The notes beneath the pieces were generated by a model. It saw nothing but the letters and a program-made list of their open reading frames with translations, searched no databases and had not been told where the DNA came from. Shown here in pieces: positions 1 to 13,800 of a stretch of DNA of 64,000 nucleotides (its first letter is position 1; the number at the start of each line of letters is the position of its first letter). Origin of the DNA: Tubiluchus corallicola (lineage: Eukaryota; Animalia; Priapulida). The translations under genes were made by a program, and so were the position numbers. The stretch is taken from NCBI GenBank assembly GCA_030141605.1, contig JAQGDQ010000037.1, positions 620,001 through 684,000 on the forward strand, read 5' to 3'.

Positions 1-430
1 CGCCTTTCACAAATCTGATCTGTGATGTCTTACCTACTTAATATTTCAAAAAGTTGATCTATCAATAAACTTCAAAAACATGGGTTCTAAACTATTCCCA
101 ATACCGATCAGTTGTAATCAATGCTCATTCCTATAACCATCAGCAAGATTTCAAAAGTAAAACAGTACATTAAAAATAAATTAATAAAAAAATATATAAA
201 TTCTCAGGCCTGTTGTTTATTTCAAATAAGTCATCCAGCAATGTATAACAAAAAGCATAAGACTACTGTTTAACCCTAGAAATAAAATGAGATCACGGTT
301 TAAAAACTGTAAAAAGTACTTCTAATAGCATCACACTTAGTTGTAATTGCTCTGAACACTGTAGCTCTTTTCAAAATAGTAAACAAGCAGCAAATAAAAA
401 TAAGAAATAAGGTGTAATCACTGTAATCAC

Positions 431-1721
431 CTGTAAACGATATTCATAAGCTTGTGTTCTGTATCTAGTTTTCCTGTTCCCGTTATCTTCTCAAGAAGCC
501 TGTGAAGCAGCTTTGAGAATTTATGATCAAACCTCGATAATGTTTTGTTATAAGATTCATTTTCCATAGTCAGTATCTGCAAAAACAAAAAAAAACATGA
601 TTGCAAAATTCTAGAATAAGAATCGCAAATGGCTGAGAGAAAGAAAATAAAGCAAGTAAAAAAACTGCAATGCAACGGTGCAGCTAGTACATCTGATGAT
701 TCAATGACTATTGTGTTACTGTTTACCAGTGCATGTGTGTGTAATCAGAGCACAATAAATTTTTATGCTTCATAATTATACTTATATACAGTAAACTACG
801 CATAAATTAAACTGGTATATTTCGAATACTTGCGTATCTCGAACAGATCTTGTGGAACCCATTTTCCCTTTTATTCTTCCCTCTACCAAATATCACGTAA
901 CTCGAAATCTGTCACTCGAGTTATTGCGTAACTCGAACCGAATTCCGGGTACGATTCTTAACATATTCTGGCTGAAATTACCTCACCTATCTGAAAACAG
1001 TCTCCCAAGTGAGAAATGCCATGCAAAAGTATGCACCACATTATGATTTTAACTGCTAGCTTCAGCAAAAACGCAAAGATTTCTTGTATTACTTTAGCAA
1101 AACGCTGCAGACAACATGGCTTAGAGAACATTGTTTTATGTAGGACACAATATTTTTATTGCCGGATTCTATTAACCATGCAACCCAGACTACAATAGTG
1201 GTGGTTCACTCGTGTTATTTTTAATTATTTATAAAGATAGTTGGTTGATATTTGATAAAAGGCCCAGTTTGTCATTTTCACAAGCTGTAGTGCATTATCC
1301 GATGTTGACGAGCAACTCAATCTTGTTTTTTACGAACATCGTCTAACTAGCACTTTTGCTTACACAACAAATTTTCAGATCTCGATGTGTTTGAGTTATA
1401 CATACGTAGTTTACTGTAATTCATGCCCACTTCCTGTAACTGTAACACGAGCATATATGCATTGTTTGGCAGCAGTAATGGCAGGAAAGCTGCTGCAGAA
1501 GACATTAGCAAAGTCAGTTAATCTGTAAATGTTTTAAAAAAAATAGTTACCTGAAGAAAGTTTGCAAACTTTACACAAAGCACTTGAAGTTTATGCACAA
1601 TGTCAAGAAGGTCTGGATCAGTGAGCATGCAGTCGTTCAGACAATGGTCCATGAAATTTTTGTGTAGCTCCAGAACGTCATCAACATTGGTAACCTGCAA
1701 TAGCAAAATTATATATTTATT

Positions 1722-1793
<72 letters not shown>

Positions 1794-4700
1794 AGGAAAA
1801 TTGAAATTGCTGACAGATAAATCTGAGACAACGCAAAATAAATAAAGAAAGAAAGAAATGTTTTTTCAAATACACACAGTATCTGTTATGTATTTAAATA
1901 CAAATTGTGAATAAAGCCCTTTTATAACAGTTTGCACGAAACTTTTGACCTTAAACCTAGCCTCCTCAATACCATCTAAAACATAACATAAACTTTTTAC
2001 TGTGATACACATATATATATACCTGTGTTTTTGTACAATGCTGAGCTATGGACAATAAAAGTTAAAGAACAGAAGGAAATTATCGCTTTTCAAAGGGTTA
2101 CTACAGAAAATGGTTAGGTATTAAATGACCAGACAGAATATCCAATGATGATCTGTATGATGTGATGAAGAAGTATCCTTGGAGTAAACACATACAAGTA
2201 AGAAGACAGTATTGGATTGGCCAGGCTAAGACTACCTCAAGACCCTTGAAATGACAAAAAAGCCAAATAAGGTTCAGCTACTGACGTATATAGATATACC
2301 GCACAAATATTTAGCAAATACAACTCCAGATTAGAAGGACGAAACATCGTGGGTAGTGACTGTGGACATCAGCAAGTGGGATATGCCATGTTTTAGAACG
2401 TAGAAGCACCTTAGAAATATAAAATAAACAGTGCCTTGGTTGAGAAAAAGGTTTAGTACCTCATGCATTTTATCTTCCAGTTCCTTCCAGTTTGGTTCTA
2501 TAACTTCAAACATCATGTAGTACTCCAGGTTCTGCACGAAATGCAACATTCGCTGACACAAAGCAAAAGATGACACAGAATGTTCTCTACCCTTACTTTC
2601 TATAAAGATGCTGAAAAAAAATCGTGAAAGAATATATTGTTGTTTAAATAAGCCTCTAGGACAGTATGAAAAAATTAGCTCTCTGTACAATAAACATGCA
2701 ACAGATGCAACAAGTGTCCTGGCTCAAATTACTGCTCACAATAAAAATCACTGTACTGCATTTATCGGATTCAACATCAATGCCTTACTGCTTTTTGCTA
2801 CTGAACTTACCTGCTCAATTGATTTTCAACGTGCTTCGCATAGAAAAGGTGACGAAATAGCAATTGATACTGAGTAACAGCCTATATGAAAATAGAAATT
2901 GGAAGCCATAAGTAAAGGACACAACCATACACATAGTACCCAGAAATCATGTATGACAATATACAAAATTCCTATGCATAAAATAGGATCCACAGCAAGC
3001 ACACTGTAGCCAAATGGCTGGCAATTTCAGAAACAGCTTAATTTAATTATTTTAAAATTCAAAAAACTGCGAAAAACAGTTACTGAGAATATATTCATTG
3101 GTTTTATCAAGTACATCATAGATAGGCCCTATGTTGATTATAGGCTTATAACTGGTCTGCATAATTATTGCAGCATTTCTGATGTAATCGTACAAATTCA
3201 AATAAGAAATATAAGCAGAATTTAAAAATATGGCTGATTTGCTGCATATCCATTTAAAACTTGACTGCCTAAGATCCTCCATTGCTATTATGACTTATTT
3301 ATGAATGGGAAGGACATAAATGTTTTGTAAACTACGTTTTGTTAACATACAATGTAGGTTTTGTAGGGTAAACTTTTTTAGGCTTTGTCGTTGACAATAA
3401 CACATGTCAGAAAGAAATAGAATGTTAAAGTATGTGGGTTCAAATGGGGCAGTCGAAGTGTTTCGTACATTTTTTTACCTTTGCACTTCTTTGGATTTTT
3501 AAACACCAGAATTAACGGGAATTCCAGTGGTCCATGGAAGATGCATTACTGTATTCACCCATCATTTTTAACTAAAAATCGTAACATTAGCGTCTTTTAG
3601 AATGCACGCCTTCTAGCACATGCATGCTCAGCTACCACATGGTCACTGTGTGACCAACAAGCCGTTAGATTACTGTGTTAGTTACTGTTAACTTGTTATA
3701 TTAATTTGCATTTTTCTCAAAAATTGTTTAAATAATGTGAAATTTTTGTTTTTTTTAGTTTCTGTCTTCATAGTGCATAGCATACAGGCAAGCTTCCTGC
3801 ATATTTATTCTGAAATGCTGTATGCTGTAAATTTTGGAGATGTCACAGATAATTAGTTACGTAAAAATTAATGTTCCTTATAATTACCATAAGGCATAAG
3901 TTACATACGTACTCCACAATTAATTATTATAATCTCAACGTTAAGATGCTTAATCATATTACAAACCCACAAGATTAATTAAATTTTGAAAGATAGAAAA
4001 CACAAAAAAAAGTAAAATGTAACCTGGATTTGAATCAGGGAAAGGGTTTGTAATATCATAAGTAATAATAGTCAAAATAAATCAGTAAGCAAGATCACAG
4101 ACAATTAAGGAATTTTATTTAGAATGATTAAAATAGGAATGGATAGCAATAAATATGGACAACTTATTTCCATCAAGTTGCGAGAGATGATTAAAAACAC
4201 TGATTTGGGCAAATAAATTAAAAAAAACGATAAGCACCTTAAATCAAACTCAAAAACAAAATGCTGGTACATTCAAACTCTACTCAATAGACTGAAGTTA
4301 TGGCTGCTAAGCTCAGGAATAAAGAAAACTTTGGAATTTACCGTTTAAATCACACGGATACTGTCTTCCTTTTATATGTGGTATTATTCCCCATTTAAAC
4401 AGTTACAAAAACGATTTGTTAAATTTTACCATAGTTGCTTATATAGTGATAATCAACATAGCCAATGCACATAATTCTCGATTTCATGCATATTCTATAA
4501 TGGGTTATAATTTGTTATGTATTTATAATGAGTACAAAACTTTTTACACAAATGAAAATTTTCTTTCTAAACTTTTTTCCTGTACATTAAATGTAAGTAA
4601 TGCTAGCAAAAAAATATGAACTGTAAATTTCACTAAAGAAGTCACATGGGTCCTTGAACGTAATTGTTTTGATTTTTTGACAGGAATGAGTTGTACGCCA

Positions 4701-4813
4701 TACTAACAGTTTAACACACTTAATTGTATATATTCACATTGCTTACTAATCTTGTTAATTAATGTTATTTTGCTTGTTGATATATTTGTTTATTTGATGT
4801 GATTGTACCACGA

Positions 4814-4866
<53 letters not shown>

Positions 4867-7800
4867 TGGATTTTTTATTAGGGAGTGAGCAATCAACTGT
4901 ATTATTTTTATATTACTTTCACATTTATATCTGTACATGACAAGTACAAGCATAAAATCAGCTATAGTTATATAACAACATGTACTTCTCGCAAATCATC
5001 CGTACAAATACGACAGATCTATACCTACTTTCGTTGCAATGATTATAAAAGCCAGCGGCAATAGCATACGTTAGTTTTTCTAAATTGGTGGAGTAGTCGC
5101 CATAGATTTGTTTGTAAATTTAACTGGAGGCTTCTTTACTTCAATAAAGAAAAGCTGGGATCCAATCTAGACATAGCCAGCTTTAGCGGCATTATTCACG
5201 CAACACGTGATATACCGTATCGAACCAATACAGCAAGTCGTTCATTTACTTTAAGTCTGCAATGATTTAAAGTTAGGGATCAAAGTCTATTTTGCATCTA
5301 TAAAAGAGGCCGGTCGAAGTACACCAAAGGAAGCAATACCCAGTGCAACATATGGTACTACATTGTGTAACTTTCCACCAATATTTCATGTAAGTTTAGT
5401 AAATTATCGCTACATTTATTCAACTAGAACTACACAATTTAATCTTTGTTATGTAAGTGCCTAATTGCAACGTATGGGGATATTTGATTGGATATGAAAA
5501 TTAACGCCTTCATAAAACTGGGAAGGACGTTAGCGAAAAAGAGTTTTTGTGATAAAAATAAATACTAGCACATAGTGTTATTAAATTAATGTTTTTTATT
5601 AAGCAAGTTTTTAACGTGCTTCTAGCTTATCCAGGGAAGAAGCTGGATTTTTCCCAACAATAGAAAAGAAACAATCAAACGTTATAAGATATATGCTGGG
5701 CCCCTAACATTCTTGTTTAAAATTCTGGTTGACACCCACTCACTGCAGCTTTTAGGTTTATTAATTTCAGTTTATCATAGTTGAAAAACCTACTGCAAAA
5801 CTTAACTTAGTGCCTTGCCGTATGTGCTATTTTGGTGGCCTTGCCGTAAGTGCTAGTTTGGTAAACTAAGTCATATATGTTTCAGATTTCTAATGATTTA
5901 GAAGCAGTCTTCCCAAAACCAGAAATTACAAACATGGCTTCAAAGGAAATGGCATCTGTAGCTCAATCAAACGGAGAATTTACATTCAGTCTTTACAAAA
6001 CAATGAAAGATGCAAAACCAGGTGAGAATGTAATATTTTCTCCACTTAGTATCCAGCTAGCATTGGCAATGACTTATATGGGTGCAAAAGATAACACTGC
6101 CTCTCAGTTAGCATCTGCCTTAAAATTTTCCGACCAGCCGCCTGAAAAAATTCACCAGGGATTTGCAGACTTGCAGTCTGTTGCGGCACAACGAGAAGCA
6201 GGATGTACATTTGACATGGCCAACCGGCACTTTATACAAGAAGGATTTAAAGTACTGGACGCGTTTCAAAAGGATTCTCTTAAATATTACGAGGCTGATG
6301 CAAAATTAATGGACTTCGCAGGAAACACGGAAGTTGCTAGAGTGGAGATAAATAAATGGGTGGCCAAAAATACGAATGACTACATTACAGAATTATTACA
6401 GAAAGGAGCAGTGGATAGTCTAACTCGTCTTGTTCTTGTTAATGCCGTCTATTTCTGCGGAAAGTGGAAGAATCAATTTGACAGCAACAATACTAAGCTT
6501 GGACACTTTCAAGTTAGCAAAACAAGAAAGGAGAATGTTCAAATGATGATGAAGGAAGCAAAGTTTCCCATGCTCTACACAGAACAGTTCTTCTTTGTTG
6601 GACTCCCATATGCAGATCCGAATTTATGCATGTACATTGTTGTACCACATCAAGTGGATGGTCTGGATGCAATAGAGAAAAACTTATCATCTGCAAAGCT
6701 ACTCGAACTAGAAGGGCAGGCTAGGGAAGAACGGATTGTGATTAAACTGCCACGTTTTCGCATGTGGGAAAGTTCCAATCTGATACAAATGCTAAAAATG
6801 CTAGGCGTTGAAGATCTATTTGATACAAAGAAGTGTGATCTAAGTGGGATAACGGGTGACCGCAGTCTTCACGTTAATGCTGCCGTTCACGAAGCATATA
6901 TTAGAATTGATGAAGAGGGGACAGTTGCAGCAGCAGCTACAGCCGTGGGAATTGCTCTATGCAGTATGCCAATACAAGTCGTTGTAGACAAACCCTCTTT
7001 ACTATATATTCGCGACAAAAAGTCGGGAGCTATTCTATTTTTTGGACGTTTTAATAAACCTATGGATCACTTGGCTGTTTGCCCTTGTTAAACTAAGTCG
7101 TGCAGTTACAACATCTCACAGTCGTAAAACTAACAAAACAAATATTGGCTGACTGGGGAAAACGCTTTACATTATAACATTAATATCAATGTCCACTGGT
7201 ACTAAGGAAATAAAATGGCAAAAGATTAATTTCAGTCAGTTTTAGATGTTATAATTTACATTACGTTTCCAAAATAATATAATCAACATTACAATTGTTA
7301 CAATGTTACTAATGCATTTCACTGACCAATCAATTAGATGTATATTTATTAAGCTATTTAAATTATTGGCTTCAGTGACTTTATATGTACTATTAAAACC
7401 TAATGCAAAATAAATGGTGATTATCGTATTCCAAAAGCTAGACTGATTACATTTCTTTTGCGTTTTTTTAATAGTGATAGAAACTTATTCATCAAGTGTA
7501 CATCCTGCAAGATTTGTGACTCTAGCCTTCCACATTTATTTGTTTACACTAATTAAAAGTTATGCCTGAGACAGCTCAATGCTTAATATAAAAAATGATG
7601 TGATTCTTAGAAATGTGTTGCTTTCAGACAAAAATTGGTAAGATTGTCGTTCACCTGATTTGACATTGAAAGGTTGTAAACGGTAGTGCTTCTTATGAGC
7701 ATTGTATTTAATTAAGCCTATTTTATATCATTCCATGCTGTGAGTTGCTCAGACAATGATATGATTAAAAAAGCTGTGATTGTTATTGGCTTTCAAGTAG

Positions 7801-10800
7801 CAACCAAAATCTGGCAATCGGGGCAAATTTTTCAGTTACAGATGAGTAAACCACACAGGATTTAGCACAGTCAAGTGATAATTAGTAACAAGTACGTAGA
7901 CACTTGTCAATCACTTCACTGGACCAGGCATAGTCTACTGAAAAACACGGCACTGGATTTAGATCTGAGTTCATTCAGTCTTATTTAATAAAACTTGATT
8001 TATTTTTAATCATACTACAAGTACATTCAAATAAAAGATGTGAGTTTGATTATTCCCAAAGTCTTAGTCATCTCATGTAAGTTTCGATTCACATAATGCC
8101 TAGAGGCCTGACTGACTAGACATGGGATATTCTAATCAGATGTCGTAAACATTATAGATATTTCTGTACCGGTGTAAATAGTACTTGAAGACTTGCCAAA
8201 AAACTGTCTAACAGCAGAGCCTGAAATGATCAACAAACTAATAACAGTAATACTGTAAAATGAGATTAACAACTAAATTTGTAATTCGGTAAATTTTTTT
8301 TTGTAAGTTCCAACAACAGGCAAATATTGCGTAAAACAACTGCAACTTTCGTAAGACTAAAAACACGACTTTGTTATACTTGAAGACCGTACAACTTGAC
8401 TTCACAGTAAAATTGTAAACAAAACTCAGATTTTAGTATCATTAAAAGTTTCTTTACAAGTAGAAACAAAGTTTAAGAGCAGTATAAGAAATCTTCACTC
8501 TATAGTCTAACAGACAGTCGTGATTAACCAGTTGAATAAGCCAGAGTGTGACCTATTCAACTTGTGAACTTCGACTGCAGAGTGTGGATAAGAGAACTAA
8601 ACCTCATATTGCTCTTACATTTTGTCTTCACTTGTAAATAATTCTAGAGTCTTACCAACGAACCCAGTTTTTCATCCATTAATCCATTAAGCTTCTAATA
8701 AAAAAAGTAGCCTGTACCTATAATATGCCATAGCTAGTCATTTTCTATCTTGCCCTTACCAATACCTATACTTAGGAAAATACCTATATATTAACAATCA
8801 GTCATTTTCTTTTGATTTTTTGTCAAAAATAACACTTACCTTGTGACTTAAAATAAGGGAAATCGGCCACTCGACTGTATAATCAAAAGAGAATGCTTCC
8901 AATCCAGTCAAATTCAGCTCCTCGTTCTCTTTCTCTGTTTTGTAATGTTCCTCTTTTGCAGTTTCAATGCTCGTCACTTGAAATAACATGCTTACGAGGT
9001 CATACGGGAGCAATTCGACTCTGTAAAAATGAAATCTCGGTTTAATGCACTAATTCTTAATCACCTGGCTATTTTAAAAATACAGTGCCAAAATGACTTT
9101 TGTCTGGCGAGCTCTTTTTGTTTTGTTTTTTACTGTTTCACTGATGATTTGTTGGAGCTTGCTTGTTGTAATGTATTCCATCATTGGATTAAAATTTAAA
9201 GTTAAACTAAACCCTCACTATAATATAAGCTTTTACAACCTAAAATCCTACTCTCATTACGAATGTTCAATTTATTTTATTACAAACTTACTGTAAAACT
9301 TGTTTCTTTTGGTTTTTTATCACGATGTTGTTAGCGGTATTAAAATTTGAAGAACTGCCATTTTCGTTGCAACAGACGAATGACATTATGAGTACAGTCA
9401 CAGGTCAGCTAAGATTGGTAAACAACGTACGTCATTCTAGCTCACTCTTGTCAAAGACACGAAACAATGCACGCGTTCGAAATTCGCCAGAAAAAAGATA
9501 AGTTGTATAAGTCTCTTTTGTTTAATAATAATGTTATGTAATCATAATGTTATGCTTTAAAAAACTTCAATGTCTGTTGGGGTTACATAGGCCTTTAAGC
9601 AAACTGAAGTAGAAGAATAAACACCAAGAAACCACACTTTTAATGACACAATCTGTGTCATTAAAAGTGTCGTTAAACTGCCAATTTACATATAAAATAC
9701 AGTAGACTACATATAACTCGCTTGATATAACTTGAATTAATTCGTTTTTCCCTTTACCAAACATCGCCTAACTCTAACCGAATTCCCGGAACATTTTTAA
9801 CAATCTGACAGTTAATAATTACCCCACCTATTTCGAACAACCTACCAAGCAAGAAATCCTACGCGAAAGTGTGCACCAAATTATGATTTTTATTGCTAGT
9901 TTCAGCAAAAATGATAAGATCTCTTCTATTACCTTAGCAGAATACTGTATACAACATGGCTTAACGAATGTGATTTAACGTAAATCACAATATTATTATT
10001 GCTGAATTCTATTAAACATGCTGCTCAGACTACAACACAGATGGACCAGCCACTTTTTGATTATTCTTGTATGAGTTTAGGAGTTCAAGAATTTATTCAC
10101 TTCCACATATTTGATATTTGATTAAAGGCTTAGTTTGTCATTTTTAGTGTATATGCTGATGAACGACTCAATCTTGTTTTCTTATGAACATCATCTAACC
10201 CGTACTTTCACGTAACTCAAACAAATTTTCTGGTCCCAAGGAGTTATATGTAGTTTACCATACTATCAACAACAACACTAATAATGCAATTGCTCTTACT
10301 TCAAATCATCTTTGTAAGGATCACTGTTTACCACACTTGTACGTAATGCCAATTCTAAGAGAGATTCTAACCGTGTTGGTATCACATGTACTATAGCTGT
10401 TAAGGACCAATTTTGGAACAGCGCTTGGTAAAATTCACTAGCTTTACAACTATGAAGACAACTATGCACACATATATTTTATAATACATTGCGAGTTCAG
10501 AAAACTTTTATGTTGCAAGACTTATGGATACTCTTTAAGTTTAATAAAGTTAAAAATAGCTGTCAAAATATTAATAAAATACAGACTAATCTCCATATAC
10601 TACCTAAAGTTAGATGACACATTTTCATAGTGGGCATTGTTATTTTATCTAACTGGCACAACTACATTTGTGACTTTAGTAGGATTGTCACTTTAGTAGG
10701 ACACAAATGCTAATGATATTTAAAACACTTGCTTCATGACCATTTGAATTTTGATTGTTTGTGGTACTATTTAAAATACAAACCAAGATCATTAAACCAA

Positions 10801-13800
10801 GCCTCCCAAAAATGTCATTCTCTTCAAAAAATACATAGTAGCAAAACCCATTATAGTATTAAGGGAAAAGAGGAAGACTAGGAAGAAATAAGAAAAAAAG
10901 CTACCGTTGAAAAACGTGTTGCCTCAATTCCTATACGTTAAAAACAGGAACAAGAAATGAAAAAGCGAAAAAATAAAATTCATGCGAATAAAAAAATGCA
11001 AAATGGTAATTCAAAATTGTTAAAAAGGCAATAAACATAAAGGATATCATAGATGTTTTTGCAAAGTTCATCATCAGCCATGTCCATAAATTGCACAAGG
11101 AAATCAGCCTGATCCAGAAGAAAATAATGCTTGACAGATCTGTAAATATTTGCAAAGTGTAAAACAGCTATATTAAACTATATCCGGTCCATGATATTTA
11201 CATACAGGAACCTGAACACAAACAAATATATTACATGACACTGCAAAACACACTTCCCTGAAAGCCAAGGAAATTTAATCCATTTTGGCCATTCAAATTT
11301 AGCAAAAATCTATAATGTGCTAGACTGGCTGCAAATGTTTTTGTGAATAACTAGCCTGCTTCTTTACCAGGCTGTAAATGTTAATGGTTTTGTGCATAAT
11401 TAGCTTGCTTCATTACCTAAGTCTGCCCATCAAATCCTTGTCTTGAATAAGCAAATCCAGTAGTGCTTTACTGGCAAAGTTATATGCTTTGTCTATTTGG
11501 TCCATGTACATTCTTTCTCTCAATGTGTAGAGTATCTCCTCAGCATGTGGACATTTTACATCCAAACCTGAAAAACAGGACCAATTAATTATTAGTTAGA
11601 ACAAATTACCATGCAAATTAGTGGTTCTTAAAGACAACATTGGGAAAGTACTAACAAAAACAACTAAAACCCTGACAAGAAAATGACGAATCTTTCATAG
11701 ATCCTATAACTAAACAAGTAAAATTGAGATTTGTTACAAACTAGTGTGCTTTAGGGTTTTTGTTTCGCAACTGCAAAATGCAACTGTGCAGCATTTCAGT
11801 AAACATTCTCAGCATTCATCTTTATTTATATAAAAAAATGGGTAAAATTAAACTTTAAAATTATAGGAGGAACAAATTACCACACTGGCGAAGCACATTC
11901 AAATATTTTCCAGTGTTAAGAATCTTCTGAGCAGCTTGGTACAAGAAAACAGGCAGTCTCTCATACTCTAATGTATAGTGCTGTTCCCAATATGGATCAT
12001 TGTATTCTTGCGTCAGCTTGTCACGCTTTACTGACTCATGGACGTGCACAGCAAACTTAAAATTAACAAACCAGGTAACATTACACAAGACAAAGAACAA
12101 AAAAATATTACAAAATTTATTCACTAGTTTATTACTGTTATTAAATAAAATTTCATTAATACTAAATATTGTCATTTGTTCTAAACATATTGTATTGAAA
12201 ATTGCTGAAGATTCAATCATCACAAAGAGGAACCAGTAAGGAATCGAATAAAGAACATATTCGAAACTATAATGAAAATCAAACTGGAGAAAAAAACTGA
12301 AAAGTGTTTGCAGTAGCTAAAAAAAATTATAAACCTTAAAATTTCTTGCTTTTAAATTTTTTTTGGCAAATCTCATTTTCATCTCAAATTTGAATTTAAA
12401 TTGCGGATTAAAATGTTAAAAAATTTAGCTGTTTGTTTTAGACAATCTTATGAAATAGAAAGTTTTTTGTATAAACAGGATGATACACAGATGATATTCA
12501 GGTGTCAGGAATTTTGTTGTAAAAGAAATTCTTATGTGAAGATTACTGTTATTCTCACTTCAATGTGAACACTCTATTATTAGTTATAATCATTAGTTAA
12601 CTGATAGAAAGCAGTACCAATAATTATGCATCTCGTATTGTAAAAACCCGAGCACTATGTTTTTATAAATAACTTGCCTCTAAATATGGGTCACAAATTA
12701 TGCCTTGATATATCCACTTCTCCAGTATTTCAAAGTAAGGTACACAAGCCTAAAAAGAATGACACATTAAGACAAAATTAGATACTAAATTCCACATAGC
12801 AAAGTGTCTGCTAATATGACTTCACAGTGCAGTTTCTAGTTTTGTTGCAAAATCTGGTCACTTCCTAATAATGGCATACAAACACATATCTGGAAAAACA
12901 ATTTTCAAAGCACAAAACCAGTAATAATATTTTTCATTTAAGTACAACACAGTAAACAACTATTTCACAGATACTATGACGAGCATGATCTTTAATGCGC
13001 CCATACTGCAAGGGGACCAAACCTGAAGACCATGTTATCTAGAGTATGACAAACTTGTATGTAAATCAGGTTCTCAAACTTGACAAGGAATTGCTCCCAC
13101 AATACTGCTCTGTGCAAAATTGTGCAGATTTTGGAGACTGAGACAACTGTAATACTAAGAAAATTTTATATTAAAATTAGTTTGCTTTACAACTGTTGAA
13201 CACAACCTATTTTCTCAGATGGTACCTATGTATTTCAGCTGCATTTAGTTTGTAACTACTGAAAAACTCTGACATCTATACCACTGCTACCATTTATTAA
13301 AACCTAAAACGTTTCAACTGCCTTTGCAATCTTTGTGTCAATTGGAATCTGTAATTTTAACAGTTTCTACAAGTATTTTTTACATTACGCTGATGTTTCT
13401 AACACTCTATTGCAAACTTATTCTGAACTTCAGTTCTGCATACAATAGCATCAGTACATTGTCAGATTTTCTTGTTTTTTATTTACTTACAGCTTGTGTA
13501 ATGGAATAGCAGACTTCTTGAAGCTTCTGATCGCTAAACAGAAAAATAAACATTGAAAAAATAAGCAATATGGAATGTACATTACAGCCATATGCATACA
13601 TGCTGCCTTGCATACTGTTGTCAAAAGTATACTATATGTGTGTGCGTGTGTGTGTGCGTGCGTGCGTGCGTGCGTACGTAGGTATGTATGTATGTATATC
13701 ATGTGTTTCATTATATCTGGTGGTGCGGAAAAATGTCCCATAGTTAAACTATAATAACACTAGAAGCAAGTGGTTTACAAAGTTGAAATTCTACCCAATG

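Noticed and set aside
5645-5655. kappaB-like site GGGAAAAATCC in the serpin leader intron
   Set aside because: Single short motif in a stretch resembling a decayed hAT end; cannot be supported.
5877-5933. ORF-track N-terminal extension MFQISNDLE of the serpin
   Set aside because: The ATG lies within the intron acceptor sequence; ATG 5934 has better context.
8170-8220. 51-nt AG/GT-bounded in-frame segment (ALLLDSFLASLQVLFTP) in the serpin-hosting intron
   Set aside because: No GCP2 similarity; the protein is continuous without it and it would interrupt a conserved motif.
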